A program made the position numbers and the translations under genes. From Mobula hypostoma (Eukaryota), in NCBI RefSeq assembly GCF_963921235.1, contig NC_086109.1:3722001-3786000 (forward strand): a DNA stretch of 64,000 bases, given 5' to 3'. Position 1 is the first letter of the stretch. Each line of letters starts with the position of its first letter. The notes below the pieces were generated by a model, which did no database searches, was not told the DNA's origin, and saw nothing but the letters and a program-made list of their open reading frames with translations. Shown here piece after piece: positions 10,636-23,043 of this stretch.

Positions 10636-12938
10636 TTTAGTTTTTCCAGTCCTGTTGAAGGGTCTCAGCCTGGAACCTTGTCTCTTTGTTTGTGGACTTT
10701 TAGTGTAAGGCCCCACCTGTCGGAGATGAAGTGGTGAGGAACTGCAATTCCTTCATTCCCTGCAGGCTATTGGAGAAAATTGTTAGTGTGATGGCACAGA
10801 ATGGTTGTGCCCAGTGGCACTGGGATCTGATCCACTCCACAGATGCTGCCTGATTTGTTGAGTTTCTCTGGCATTTTTTGTGGGTTGCTCCAGATTTCCA
10901 TCATCTGCAGAATCTCGTGTGTCTATCAGCAGCACTGACTACTGTACATGCCCTTTCCCTTACAAAAACCTTCAACCTCGTTTGCTCAGCTGAGATTATG
11001 GAAAGCCCTTTCAAACCTTGGCACTCTGTGCCTGCCTCACTGTGATGTACAGTCAGGGATCCCAACTGAGGACTCCACCACTGACTAATCCCAATAGCAC
11101 TGAGGACAACAGTCTGTACCTCACACCAACCCACTTCTCCACAGCCTGCAGTGATTGAAGGAATGAGGGGTCTCCAGTTCCTCACCAACTCATCTCCCTG
11201 AAGGATGTGACAACCGGGCTGTTACACTAGAAGTCCACAGATTAAGGTCCTGCACTGCTCTGTGCCTGTTGTCCAACATCACCCCCTCCTCCCCAACAAT
11301 AAAGGACCACAAAAAACTCTGGAAATGTGGGACACTACCTAAATCTGGGGTTACGTCTCACTGGAGCAGTGATGAGTTACACAGTTTCTCCAAGTGCACC
11401 CTTGAACCAATGAGGAAAGTCTGTGATGATAAGCACCTCGAATGGAGCAGTATAGTATTATGAGAGGCATAGATAGATTCAAAGATCCAAAGCATATTTA
11501 TTAGCTTGTATAAGTATGTATAAATTATACACCTTGAGATTTGTCTGCTTACAGGCAGCCACAAAGCAAGAAACCCAAATAACCCTATTTAAAAATACCC
11601 AAATAACCGCTGAGCAGAGAAAGAGAGAGAAAAAAACACACACATCATGCAAACAATAAAAGCAAGCCCAAACACCCTGAACCAGACTGAGGATTAGATC
11701 CACTCCCAGAGGAGCCGTAGTAGGCCTGGTCCCCAGATCATCACACCAGTAGTGGAGAGACACACAGATCAGTTCACAGCCTCAGTGCCGCAGAGGAAGG
11801 GATGAACATTCGAGGGCAAGCCATCAAAATCAGCCCAACCTTCGCCTCCCTACCCAACACTTGGGCTTCCAGTCTATTTGGGCCTGCGTCTAAATTGTCC
11901 TAGCACTGTGCAGTGCCACGTTCTAGGATCTGGACCCCGGCACCCCGACAGGCTTGGGCCGCCCAGCCCGAAGCCGTTCTTAAGCTCACCAAATTGGGTT
12001 GGCGCTTGGAGCGATCCAGCCCCATCGCACCCGGGGTAGGTGGACAGGCATCGAAACCCTTCCCCTTCTCCAACTCGGTCACTCCACCCCCGACAGTGAC
12101 ACCAGTTCCGCCTGCAAACCCAGCTCAAACAGCTTGTGCCTCGGAATGCCCCAGAGCTGTTCATCCCGGAACCAGCCTCGCCTCCACCTGTCTCCTCACT
12201 GTCTGTGGTGATCGTTCACCACAATTTGCTTCAGGAAAGATGTTATACATTTTTAGTTGATTCTCTTGCCTCATGATTTACCAGTAATCTGTCATACGTC
12301 ACCAGTAACGACATCCTAAACCAGAAGTCTAGGGACTGATTCCTCTGATGGGGTTGTCCAAAACTAAAGGCTATGGATTTAAAGTGAGTGTCAGAGCCAT
12401 GTATCTATTTTCTGTCTGTCTGTATTGTATTTTGTATGGCATGTTTTATTATGGGTTATGGTAATTTGTCACGTGGGTTGGGGCATGGTTGAAGTAAATT
12501 AATATAGTCATTTATACATACTTTGTCCTTGTTAGTTTAGTTAGAGATAGAGTGAGCAGCATTTGGATATTTTTGTTAACCGCTTGCTTCACTAACTTTG
12601 CTTAATTTGTTTACCTCATTAATATTACTAATATCGTTTATCACTAATTTTGATTGCTTGTCTTTGCTTGTTCAAATGACTCAATTTAATATCAGCAGAT
12701 GTATACAGTATACAACCTGAAGTTCTTACTCTTCACAGAACGGTCCATGAAACATGAACCCCAAAGAATGAGTCTCAGTGACATCAAAGTCGCCCCCCCC
12801 ACACCCCCACCTGTACAAGGATCGAACGTGCTTTTTTCAACTTGGAACTCAATTATTTGGAAGCGTGTCCCACAGTGTCGAGTCCCTCACTCAGTCTCTC
12901 AGTGGTTTTGGTTTGCTTTTCAAGTAACTGCTACATTG

Positions 12939-12962
12939 AGAGAGAGAGAGAGAGAGAGAGAG
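12939..12962 (+). repeat. (GA)n microsatellite
   Basis: gagagagagagagagagagagag. Confidence 0.9.
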
Positions 12963-13344
12963 GTTCAACGAGGATCTGAGGTAGTTAGAATCTGGAACGA
13001 GCTGCCAGAGGAGGTGGTGGAGGCAGGAACAGTAATAACATTAAGAGGCATTTAGACAGGTGCCTGAATGCGGTGGTCACAGAGGGGGTGGAATTAATGG
13101 AGGCTGGAGGGTCAGAATAGATATGATGGGCTGAAAGGCCTGTTTTTGTGCTGTACAGCTAAGTGGCTGTTAATTGGCTGGAAGGCAGGAAGGTCACTGT
13201 GTACCAGGCATCCAGTGATCCCCACTCTCCAGCAGTGACATCGAGGCATGCAAGAGATATGACCAATGCTTTCGGGGCAAACATCTCCAACTCCACTGAG
13301 ATGGGGAGCGAGATATGGGAGTGAAACAGCCCACCCCTTCACCG

Positions 13345-14065
13345 GCCACACACCTCCCAGATGGACCCATGCCTCATAGACAGACACTCTCCGCTTGGAC
13401 AGATCCACCAGACCCACCCATTCTCGGACAGACACACTCCTCTCGGACAAACACCTCCTTTTGGACAGACCCACCCCTCTCGGTCAGACCCACCCCTCTT
13501 GGACGGACCCACCTCTCCCAGACGGACCCACCCCTCTCGGATGGACCCACCTCGCTCGGACGGACACACCCCTCCTGGACGGACCCACCCCTCCCAGACG
13601 GACACACGCCTCCTGGACGTACCCACCCCTCCCGGGTGGACACACCCCTCCCAGACGGACACACCCCTCCCGGACGGACCCACCCCTCCCGGACGGACAC
13701 ACCCCTCCCGGACGGACACACCCCTCCCTGACGGACCCATCCCTCTCGGACTGGCCCACCCCTCTCGGACAGACCCACCCCTCTTGGACAGGCCCATCCG
13801 TCCCGGACAGACCCATCCCTCCCGGACAGACCCATCCCTCCCGGACAGGCCCATCCCTCTCGGACAGGCCCATCCGTCCCGGACAGGCCCATCCCTCTCG
13901 GACAGACACACCCTTCTCGGACAGACCTACCCCTGTCGGACAGGCCCACCCCTCTCGGACAGGCCCATCCGTCCCGGACAGACCCACCCTCTCGGACAGA
14001 CACACCCTTCTCGGACAGACCCATCCCTCTCGGACAGACACGCAATTCTCAATCAGACCCACACA
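13345..14065 (+). repeat. C-rich ~18-bp minisatellite, about 40 degenerate copies
   Basis: Unit approximately acccacccctc(t/c)cggac(a/g)g; length is a multiple of 3, which explains the long repetitive ORFs in all six frames. Confidence 0.92.
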
Positions 14066-14504
14066 ACTCAGACAGGCAGGCTGCCCAAGCTGCCTGAGTG
14101 GAGCACTGATCTCTTCACCCAAGCTTAGACCTATAAACAGAAGAATTTTATTATTCCTTAAGGCTGAGGGAATCAGGCAGCCATTGGAACAGTTCCACTG
14201 AGCAGAGAGCTCCACGCAGAGAGGGTAAAATAACGGTGAATAATGCAGCAGTTGTTAGATTGGACGTAAGGCTGCACACATCATCTCAATCAATACTACA
14301 TAATTACAGATCCTCTTTGGAGTTCATTATTGCTGTAATGTTCTGGAATGCTGCATCATCGATTTCTGACCAGTCACTGGCCCTGCTGTGTAACTGACTG
14401 CTGTTCTACACAAGGGACTTGTCAATGCAACAGTCAATGGTGCTGGTCTAACTTTTGGCTCCTGCTTTACATTGAGAACATCATCGCACTGGTCAGTGGC
14501 CGTC

Positions 14505-14810
14505 ATCAATCTCATGGGCTCCTGTTCCACACTAGAGTCTTGTCATCAGGCCAGTCAGTGCTCTGGTCTATCTCAGGGCTCCTGTTCCACACTGGAGTCT
14601 TGTCGTCAGGCCAGTCAGTGCTCTGGTTTATCTCAGGGCTCCTGGTGTACACTGGAAACTTGTCATTAAGCCAGTCAGTGCTCTGGTCTATCTCAGGGCT
14701 CCTGGTCTATCTCTGGACCCCTGGCTTGCACTGGAATCTTGTCATTATGCCAGTCAGTGCTCTGGTCTATCTCAGGGCTGCTGGCCCACACTGGGGACTT
14801 GTCAATGCAT
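14505..14810 (+). repeat. ~60-bp minisatellite, 4-5 copies
   Basis: tctcagggctcctg..cacactggagtcttgtc..gccagtcagtgctctggtcta repeats with a 60-nt period. Confidence 0.85.
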
Positions 14811-15129
14811 GGGAAGAGCATTAGATTTTATCAAACCTTTCAGAATTGTGTTACTGGAGAGTCAGTCCTGCCTTTTCAGCCATACTCCTATTACTGCAGC
14901 CACTTTATAAATTGGGGGTTGTGACCCAGCAGTAACCCTCAGCTTGTTAGTTCTGTGTCTCTTAATTTCTACATCAACCACCCAGGTCTCTGTATCTATT
15001 GTGGGTAGACATAGATGAGATTATTGTGATAGTGGTAAGGTTTAAGTATCACCACATCAATCAGAACTTATTCAGAGAAACCGGCCCTGCCCTTTGAACC
15101 CAATGAGCCATGACACCTAACCAGCCCAC

Positions 15130-15360
15130 CCATATTTGACTGTAGCCTTATCGCAGGTCAATTTATAATGATCTATTCACCTACTACATAGCATGTCTTT
15201 GGACTGTGGGAGGAAACCAGAGCAGACAGCAGAAACACCACTTGTTCACGAGGAGAATGCGGGAACTCCTTAGGAACAGCACAGGAATTGAACTCTGAAC
15301 TCCGACAGCCCGTGCTGTGAGAGCATTGCACTAACCACTGCACTGCCATTGCGCCCCTCA
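15130..15360 (-). mobile_element. tRNA-derived V-SINE
   Basis: tttggactgtgggaggaaaccagagc..ggaattgaactc..gcactaaccactgcactgcc is the reverse complement of the A box, B box and V domain. Confidence 0.7.
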
Positions 15361-16620
15361 TAGCCTGAGTGTCTGTGAGTCCAGGCCAGGGAGGGTGGGG
15401 CCTGGGATCAGGGGGCCTTGCAAGTCCAGAGCTTGATGTTCAGAGTTCAAAGTCCCCCGGTCAGCAAGCTCATCAGGCAATACCAAAGTCAGAGGCCTGA
15501 TGTCTTGTGAGTCTGCTGGGTCTGTGGGTTGGGCCCCCGGGGCAGCCTGACCTGGAGTTGGAGGCATGTTGGTGTGTGTGAGCGGGTGGATGATTGGACA
15601 GGCGGGGGGGGCGGGGTGGGAGAAGGGGCTTGTTTAGTCACTGTTGTGGGTGTTTGTGTAGTTCTGCTGAACATTGTGGACATGCTGTGTTGGTGCCTGG
15701 GTGTGTGGTGACACTTGTGGGCTGCCCCAGCGTCTCCTCGGATGTGCTGGTTGTTAAAGCAAATGGCAAACTTCACTGTCGGCTTGGACGTGCACGTGAT
15801 CAATAAGTGAACCTGAATCTGAATGGGGTGACTGTGTAGTTCAAACACCAAGAATCTCTGTGACACCTGCATTGTGTGTGCGAACCAGACAAAACAAATC
15901 ACTCACCACCCCCCGCCACCCCCACCACCGTTGTGGGTCTGTGTTTAAAAGCTCAGTAGTTGAAGTTAATATCAGAAAATGTATACAATCTGAAATCCTC
16001 GCTCTTCACAGATATTCACCAAAACAGAAGAGAGCCCCAAAGAACGAATGACACTAAAACAGTCAGAACCCCAAAGCCCCCCCACTCCCCCCTCCCACAC
16101 AGCAGCAGCAAAGCAACGACCCTCCCCACCCCCAATAAAACATCAGCACCTCCACCCACCAAGCAGGCAATAGCAAAACCCCCAGTGAGGACCATGATCT
16201 GCAGTGCAACAAAAACTAGTCGCTCCCCCAGCAGAGACCCCGAATGCCGATCCGCTGTTCTCAATATTCTGTTTTCTAAGCCACAGCGGCACTGGTCTAG
16301 AAACAACTCGTTCCCAGGGCTGCAAAGTCTCAGAACCCCGAAGGCGTGCTCGTCTTCTAGGCCGCATCCTTGGGCTTTCAAAAAGTGGGCAGTTGTGAGC
16401 CCCTAGGACCAGGTCCCAGTCTGAGTGTAACTCCAGGTCAGGGTCTCCGAAAGAACTCCATCCACCCTGAAAATGAAAAAGAGAGTCAGCCAACGTAGAA
16501 ATGAAGCTGCTTCTGCAGATAAGCTCAAAGAAGTCGATGTTAAGCACCATCATAGCTCTGCCCTGTAGTGTTCCAGCCTGTGGGCTTCAACAACCAGTAT
16601 TTCCAGGTAATACCTTCACA

Positions 16621-16985
16621 AGGGTGGAGATACATGTCTTCCAAAGGAGGTGTAAGGTGCTCCTGCCCTCCGCTAGCCCACAGGTCACCCTTGGGCAAGG
16701 TGTAGCACCTGCCTGGCTCCATCCTCCCTGTGGGAGCAGGTGGTGGATGGTCGTAGGAGCAGCTGGTGCATATCACAACTCTGGTTATGTGATCACTGAC
16801 ACCAGGCAGACAATCTCTGAAGAGTATTGATAATGGCTGGGTTCATCCATCTTGTAAAGACACTGCCCAGAAGAAGGCAATGGCAAACCAGTTCTATAGA
16901 AAAATTTACCAGGAACAGTGATTGTTGAAGACCATGATTGCCCACGTCATACCACAGGGCACATGATGGTGACGGTGATGACCTT
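16621..16985 (+). mobile_element. Non-autonomous RTE-related element, copy 1
   Basis: Contains agaaggcaatggcaaacca (BovB/RTE-type motif); second copy at 49162-49530. Confidence 0.65.
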
Positions 16986-18714
16986 CAGTCGCATGAAACG
17001 CATTAGTACAGTTCCCGAGGAAGTGGACTTGAAGACGCGCTGTGTAGCATTAACAAACAGAGGGGGTTCATGCTTGAATCCATTTCCAGTCCCTTGTTGA
17101 AAATTGAAGGAGGAAAGGAGAAGAAGTGAGATTATACAAAAGTCTGAAGTGCTTTCTTTCATACTACATGTCAGAATCAGATACAGATTCATCATCTCTC
17201 CCATATGTCCTGAAATCTGCAGTTTTGTTGCAGCAGGTCAGTGCAATACCTAAAATATTATCTAAATTACAATAAGATGAATAGGCGTATATAATATATG
17301 TAGAGCTAAAAGAGAGCACGTGCATGTGAATATTCCAGACAGCCTCTGCCTCAGAAAACTAGCAATACATAGAACATAACAGCACAGTACAGGCCCTTCG
17401 GCCCACAATGAGGCACACACTCACCACTCTCAGTGTAAAAAAAATTATCCCTGGTATCTCCCTTATATTTGCCTTAAGTCACTTTAAACTTATGCCCCTT
17501 GTATTAACCACTTTCTCCTTGAGGAAAAATCTCTGGCTCTCCACTCAGTCAATGCCTCCTATCATCTTGTAGAATAAGATTTGCTCCATTCAGACCAGGC
17601 AGCTTTTTAAAATAGAGATGAATCTTTCTTCCCACCAATGTAACTCAGACTAACATCTGAGTAGGTCTCGGTTTCAATGCTTTCCCTGACTGATGCGCTG
17701 TGATCTTGTTCCCATCATTAAACAGCTGTGAGATCCAGGAAGTCCAGCGTCTGCTTGGAACTTGATCTGCTCACATCTCCCTTTGCAGGTTGCTGGGCTG
17801 AGGTCGCGCTCTACATCAGCTGGGGCTTCATGTGGAACTGAGCTCTTGTTGTGTGCAAAGTTACTGAGTGTTAAATCTGAAGGGAAATGGCAGATTAGGG
17901 AGCAGTGCTTGACACGTCCCCGCAGTGTCACTGAATCTGTGGGTGAAGTAATGATATTAACAGTGGTTCAGGCACTGAATCATCGTGAGGTGTCTCTGTG
18001 GCCCGGTGTCTTCAGTCACTACTTGTGAATTATATTTAGTGAGAGCGGGCAAGACCTTGTGCAGGTAAGGAGCTACATCATCTCAGTGATGTGGTGGACA
18101 TTGGGAGCGGTCAGACTGTTCTCCTTTGGACACTGGGAGAGGTAACACCACACTCCCTTTGCATGGGTGCTGACCGATTCCTCTGTAAGTGAATCGCTAT
18201 ATTGCCAAATACAGACGGCCACAATTTCCAGGGACTATTGAAGCAGGCAGTCGTGTTAAGTGACTACAGCTTTGTGCTGTGAGCTGCCATTGAGCCTGGA
18301 CTGATCAGCAAAATGCCTGAGACGCTCTGTGTGATGTACTGTCAGATCTGAGAGGCCTTGTAGTGGTGCAGCCTGCATCCACACTGGTACTCCATGGTAA
18401 CAGGCCCTTCTGGTCCAGCCAGCGCAGCCCAAAAATACCCATGTGACCCATTAACCTGCACATTTTTATAATGCGAGAGGTAGCACCCAGAGGAGACCCA
18501 CGTACAAACTCCTTACAGACAGCAGTAGGAATTAAATCTGGGTAGCTTGTGCTCTAAAAGCTTTATGCTAACTGCTACGGTGCCATGCTTCCCCCAGTTG
18601 ATTCCTTCGTCACACCAACAGTCACTTGTAAAACTGCCATTCTCCTCTCTCAGTTCCTCCATCACTGCCATAACTGCTCTCAGGATCAAGCTTTCCATTC
18701 CAGAGTATCTACTG

Positions 18715-20010
18715 ATACCTTTTATAAACCCACCGACTCTCACAGCTATTCGGATATACCTCTTCCCACTGTTCGCTTGTGAAAATGCTCTCGGTTCCGC
18801 TATTTCCGCCACATCTACTCTCAGGATGAGGCTTTCCAGTCCAGAACTATTGAGATGTTGCCTTCTTCAAAGAAAGAATGTTCCCTTCCTCCACCGTCAA
18901 TGCTGCCCTCATCCATGTCTCTTCCATTCCTCACATATCTACCCTCACCCTATCTTCCCACCGCCATGCCAGGCATAGGGTTCCTCTTGTTCTCACCTAC
19001 CACCTCACTAGCCTCCACGTCCAGCACATAATTCTCTGTAACTTCTGCCATCTCCAATGGGATCACACCACCAAGCACATCTTTTCCTCCCTGACATCCT
19101 GCTTTCTGCAGGCATCCCTCCCTATGTGACTATCTTATCCACTCATCCCTCCCCACTGATCTCCCTCCTGGAGTTTATCCTCGCAAGCAGAACAAGTGCC
19201 GCACCTGCCCCGAAACCTCCTCCCTCACTATAATTCAAGGTGCCAAGCACTCCTGCTAGGTGAGGTGACACTTCACCTGCGAGTCTGTTGGAATCATCTA
19301 CTGTATCCAGTGCCCTTGGTGTGGCCTCCTGTATATCGGTGAGACCTGACATAGATTGGAAAACCCCTTCACCAAGCACCTTCACTTCATCTGCCACAAA
19401 AATGTGATCTCCTGGTGGCCACCCATTTCAATTCTACTTCCCATTCCCATTCCAACATGTCAGTCCATAGCCTCCTCTTCTGTCAGGATAATAAGGACAC
19501 ATTCATGTTGGAGGAGCAATACCTTATTTTCCAACCAGGTAGCTTCCAACCTGCTGGCATGAACATTGTTTTCTTGAACTTCCAGTCATTGCACCCTCCC
19601 TCCTTCACCATTCCCCATTCCCATTTCCCTCTCTCACCTTATCTCCTTACTGGCCCATCACCTCCCTCTGGTGCTCCTCCCCCTTCCCTTCTTTCCATGG
19701 TCTTCTTTCCTCTCCTATCGGATTCCCCCTTCTCCAGCCTTTTATCTCTTTCACTAATCGACTTCCCAGCTTTTTACATCAGCCCCTTCTCCTCTCCCAG
19801 TTTCACCAATCCCCTCCCACTTTGTACTTCCTCCCCTCCCACCACCTCTTTCTGTGACTTTTCCTCTTTCTTCCCCGTCCTGGTGAAGGATCTTGGCCTG
19901 ACCTGTCGACTGTTTATGCTTTCCATAGGTGCTCTCTCACCTGCTGAGTTCCTCCAGTATTCTGTGTGTGTTGCTTTGAATTTCCAGACCCTGCAGATTT
20001 TCTTGTGTTT
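18715..20010 (+). mobile_element. Degenerate Penelope-like element 3' half (older copy)
   Basis: Colinear with 21815-23138 (YKPTDSHSY, RVPLVLTYH, YIGET region, tail) but with many frameshifts; degenerate hammerhead near 19876-19912. Confidence 0.85.
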
Positions 20011-21039
20011 GTTACACCAACATGGTTTTACCTTTCTGCACTGGTCAGCCCACCTTTCCCCTTCCTCAGGGAGGTTAGCACATAAATATTATATGTTTTA
20101 TACACGTTAAATATTCACTATGGCCCTTCTCACCAGAGCTGACTAAATACCTTACTTTCTGTGGGAATATCAAATTAGCTTTCAAAATTAAAAAATCAAT
20201 TCATCATCATTCAGGATGAGCCTTGTCTGTATAAATCGCGGCAGGGTCAGATTCCTAGAGGCGAGTAAATATTTAATAATATTAGAAAATTTCAGTATTC
20301 CAGACAGGTGGTTCAAGTGCTCAATAAAGCCGATTTGCATTAGAATTGTAAATTCAGAGATTTGATTTGTTGGAGCCAAGTCAGGTTGGAAGGCCTTGCT
20401 TGGATGGTGCGCACAGAAAGTGACTGACTTCCCCGCTTTCTGGCAGGTAGCAGTGTGTCAGACTGGCCTGGGTCACCAGGTGAAATTGTTGCTTCCTGCT
20501 GTTTAAAACATGTCAGTAGAAGTCATACAGTGATGAGTTTGGAGATTCATTAACAAATTGGTTAATATTCTATTGATTGTGGCCTTAATTGTGCTCAATC
20601 TGTGGTGCTCGGCGGGGAGTTTTGGCAGGGATGCGTGCACTTGTCTGCTCTCGCGCTGTATGACGAACACCACTCACTAGGATACTGGGAATATCTACCC
20701 AGAATTTACATACTTCAAGTGTTAACTTAAAGTCATCACGTGTGACAAGCAGGAAATTAAATTAATAGCTTCTGGCTTGTGAATTGGCATTCTGTTACCC
20801 CAGAGGGAAGGTAACCACTGTAGACCATAATGGTCCAGCTGATTATGGTCACAAGTTTGTCCCCGATTCCAAACCACATTTTGTCTTTGCCTGACAGGGG
20901 AATTGTTTGAATTACTTTTCATTTGGTGAGATTTAAACTGAATTAATTGGTTATTCTAATTAAAATACTGCATTATTATCTGATCTCTTCTCAGGCACAA
21001 GGATTTAACATCTTCTAAATGTTTCTCGTTTTTTTAAAG

Positions 21040-21163
21040 GTGCACAAGGCAGGACAAGTGTGAGCGAGCATTGGAACCACATCGATTTGCCACCAGTGTT
21101 GGGCAGTGTGTGAAGCTGAGTATCCAGCCAAGCAGCATATCCGTGTCGGAGCACAGTGTCCCG
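21040..21163 (+). CDS. plxna2: Plexin-A2-like internal exon (end of PSI1, start of IPT1), 124 nt
   Basis: tttttaaag|G acceptor and CCG|gtgag donor; translates (x)[41 protein letters not shown], matching the recalled plexin-A2 segment [32 protein letters not shown]. Confidence 0.93.
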
Positions 21164-21319
21164 GTGAGCGTCTGCCATTCTCGGCCGAGTATGTTGCCTT
21201 TTGTAACACTGGGGAAGAACAGCAAGAAGAGTTAGAATTTCGGGTTGTATCTCTGATGATAAATGGAACCATTGAACCAGTGAATACTGGTTACAGAGCC
21301 CCATTACTTCGGTGACAAA

Positions 21320-21600
21320 AGGTGCTGGGGGAGCTCAGTGGAGCAGGCAGCATCTGTGGGGAAAAATAGACATCAGCAATTCAGGTTGAGACCCTTCATC
21401 TGGACTGGAAACAAAGAGAGGAGGTAACCAGTATAAGAGAAGGTTGGGGGAAAGGATGGAGCGGGAACTGGCAGGTGATGGGTGGATCCAGGTGAGGTTG
21501 GAAAAAATGTCAGAAACAGGGTGGAAGTGAGAAAGAGCTGAAAGTGACAGGATTTGATAGGAGAGAATATTGGACCACAGTATAAATGATGTGGGTGGTG
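21320..21600 (-). mobile_element. Penelope-family 3' UTR/tail fragment
   Basis: Reverse complement reads pyrimidine-rich UTR, ccagtccagatgaagggtctcaacctgaa, then cagatgctgcctgctccactgagctccccc. Confidence 0.65.
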
Positions 21601-21681
21601 AACAGATGGAGAGGAAATTGGAATTGGCTTCTTATTGTCACATGCACTGAGATACACTGATAAACCTGTGTAGTTCTGTGT

Positions 21682-22710
21682 GCAGAACTCGTTGACTTTA
21701 TTAACTTTGCCTCCAACTTTCACCCTGCCTTCAAATTTACCTGGTCCATTTCCGACACCTCCCTCCCCTTTCTAGATCTTTCTGTCTCTGTCTCTGGAGA
21801 CAGCTTATCCACTGATGTCTACTATAAGCCTACTGACTCTCACAGCTATCTGGACTATTCCTCTTCTCACCCTGTCTCTTGCAAAAACGCCATCCCCTTC
21901 TCGCAATTCCTCCGTCTCCGCCGCATCTGCTCTCAGGATGAGGCTTTTCATTCTAGGACGAGGGAGATGCCTTCATTTTTTAAAGAAAGGGGCTTCCCTT
22001 CCTCCACTATCAACTCTGCTCTTAAACGCATCTCCCCCATTTCACGTACATCTGCTCTCACTCCATCCTCCCACCACCCCACTAGGAATAGGGTTCCCCT
22101 GGTCCTCACCTACCACCCCACCAGCCTCCGGGTCCAACATATTATTCTCCGTAACTTCCGCCACCTCCAATGGGATCCCACCACTAAGCACATCTTTCCC
22201 TCCCCGCCTCTCTCTGCATTCCGCAGGGATCGCTCCCTACACAACTCCCTTGTTCATTCGTCCCCCCCATCCCTCCCCACTGATCTCTCTCCTGGCACTT
22301 ATCCGTGTAAGCGGAACAAGTGCTACACATGTCCTTACACTTCCTCCCTTACCACCATTCAGGGCCCCAAACAGTCCTTCCAGGTGAGGCATCACTTCAC
22401 CTGTGAGTCGACTGGGGTGATATACTGCGTCCGGTGCTCCCGATGTGGCCTTTTATATATTGGTGAGACCCGACGCAGACTGGGAGACCGCTTTGCTGAA
22501 CATCTACGCTCTGTCCGCCAGAGAAAGCAGGATCTCCCAGTGACCACACATTTTAATTCCACATCCCATTCCCATTCTGACATGTCTATCCACGGCCTCC
22601 TCTACTGTAAAGATGAAGCCACACTCAGGTTGGAGGAACAACACCTTATATTCCATCTGGGTAGCCTCCAACCTGATGGCATGAACATTGACTTCTCTAA
22701 CTTCCGCTAA
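21682..22710 (+). pseudogene. Uninterrupted 5'-truncated Penelope ORF (RT palm end and thumb, Zn-finger-like linker, GIY-YIG nuclease)
   Basis: AELVDFINFASNFHPAFKFT..LPFLDLSV..VYYKPTDSHSYLDYSSSHP..CKRNKCYTC..GVIYCVRCSRCGLLYIGETRRRLGDRFAEH..QPDGMNIDFSNFR, no stop or frameshift. Confidence 0.88.
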
Positions 22711-23001
22711 GGCCCCACCTCCCCCTCGTACCCCATCTGTTACTCATTTTTATGCACACATTCTTTCTCTCACTCTCCTTTTTCTCCCTCTGTCCCTCTG
22801 AATATACCTCTTGCCCATCCTCTGGGTCACCCCCCCCCCTTGTCTTTCTTCCCGGACCTCCTGTCCCATGATCCTCTCTTATCCCCTTTTGCCTATCACC
22901 TGTCCAGCTCTCGGCTCTATCCCTCCCCCTCCTGTCTTCTCCTATCATTTTGCATCTCCCCCTCCCCCTCCAGCTTTCAAATCCCTTACTCACTCTTCCT
23001 T

Positions 23002-23043
23002 CAGTTAGTCCTGACGAAGGGTCTCGGCTTGAAACGTCGACTG
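23002..23043 (+). ncRNA. Minimal type I hammerhead ribozyme motif in the Penelope 3' UTR
   Basis: agtc-CTGACGA-a-gggtctcggctt-GAAA-c-GTC-gact: stem I AGTC/GACT, intact core boxes, palindromic ACGT stem III. Confidence 0.8.

Noticed and set aside
13315..14215. Long Pro/Gly/Arg-rich ORFs (190-268 aa) in several frames
   Set aside because: They arise from an 18-bp minisatellite lacking stops; no domain or splice support.
17789..18028. Acceptor-like ctttgcag followed by an open frame
   Set aside because: The translation (VAGLRSRSTSAG...) has no plexin similarity and its phase does not fit the next exon.
19415..20110. 231-aa ORF
   Set aside because: Read-through from a decayed Penelope C-terminus into its pyrimidine-rich UTR.
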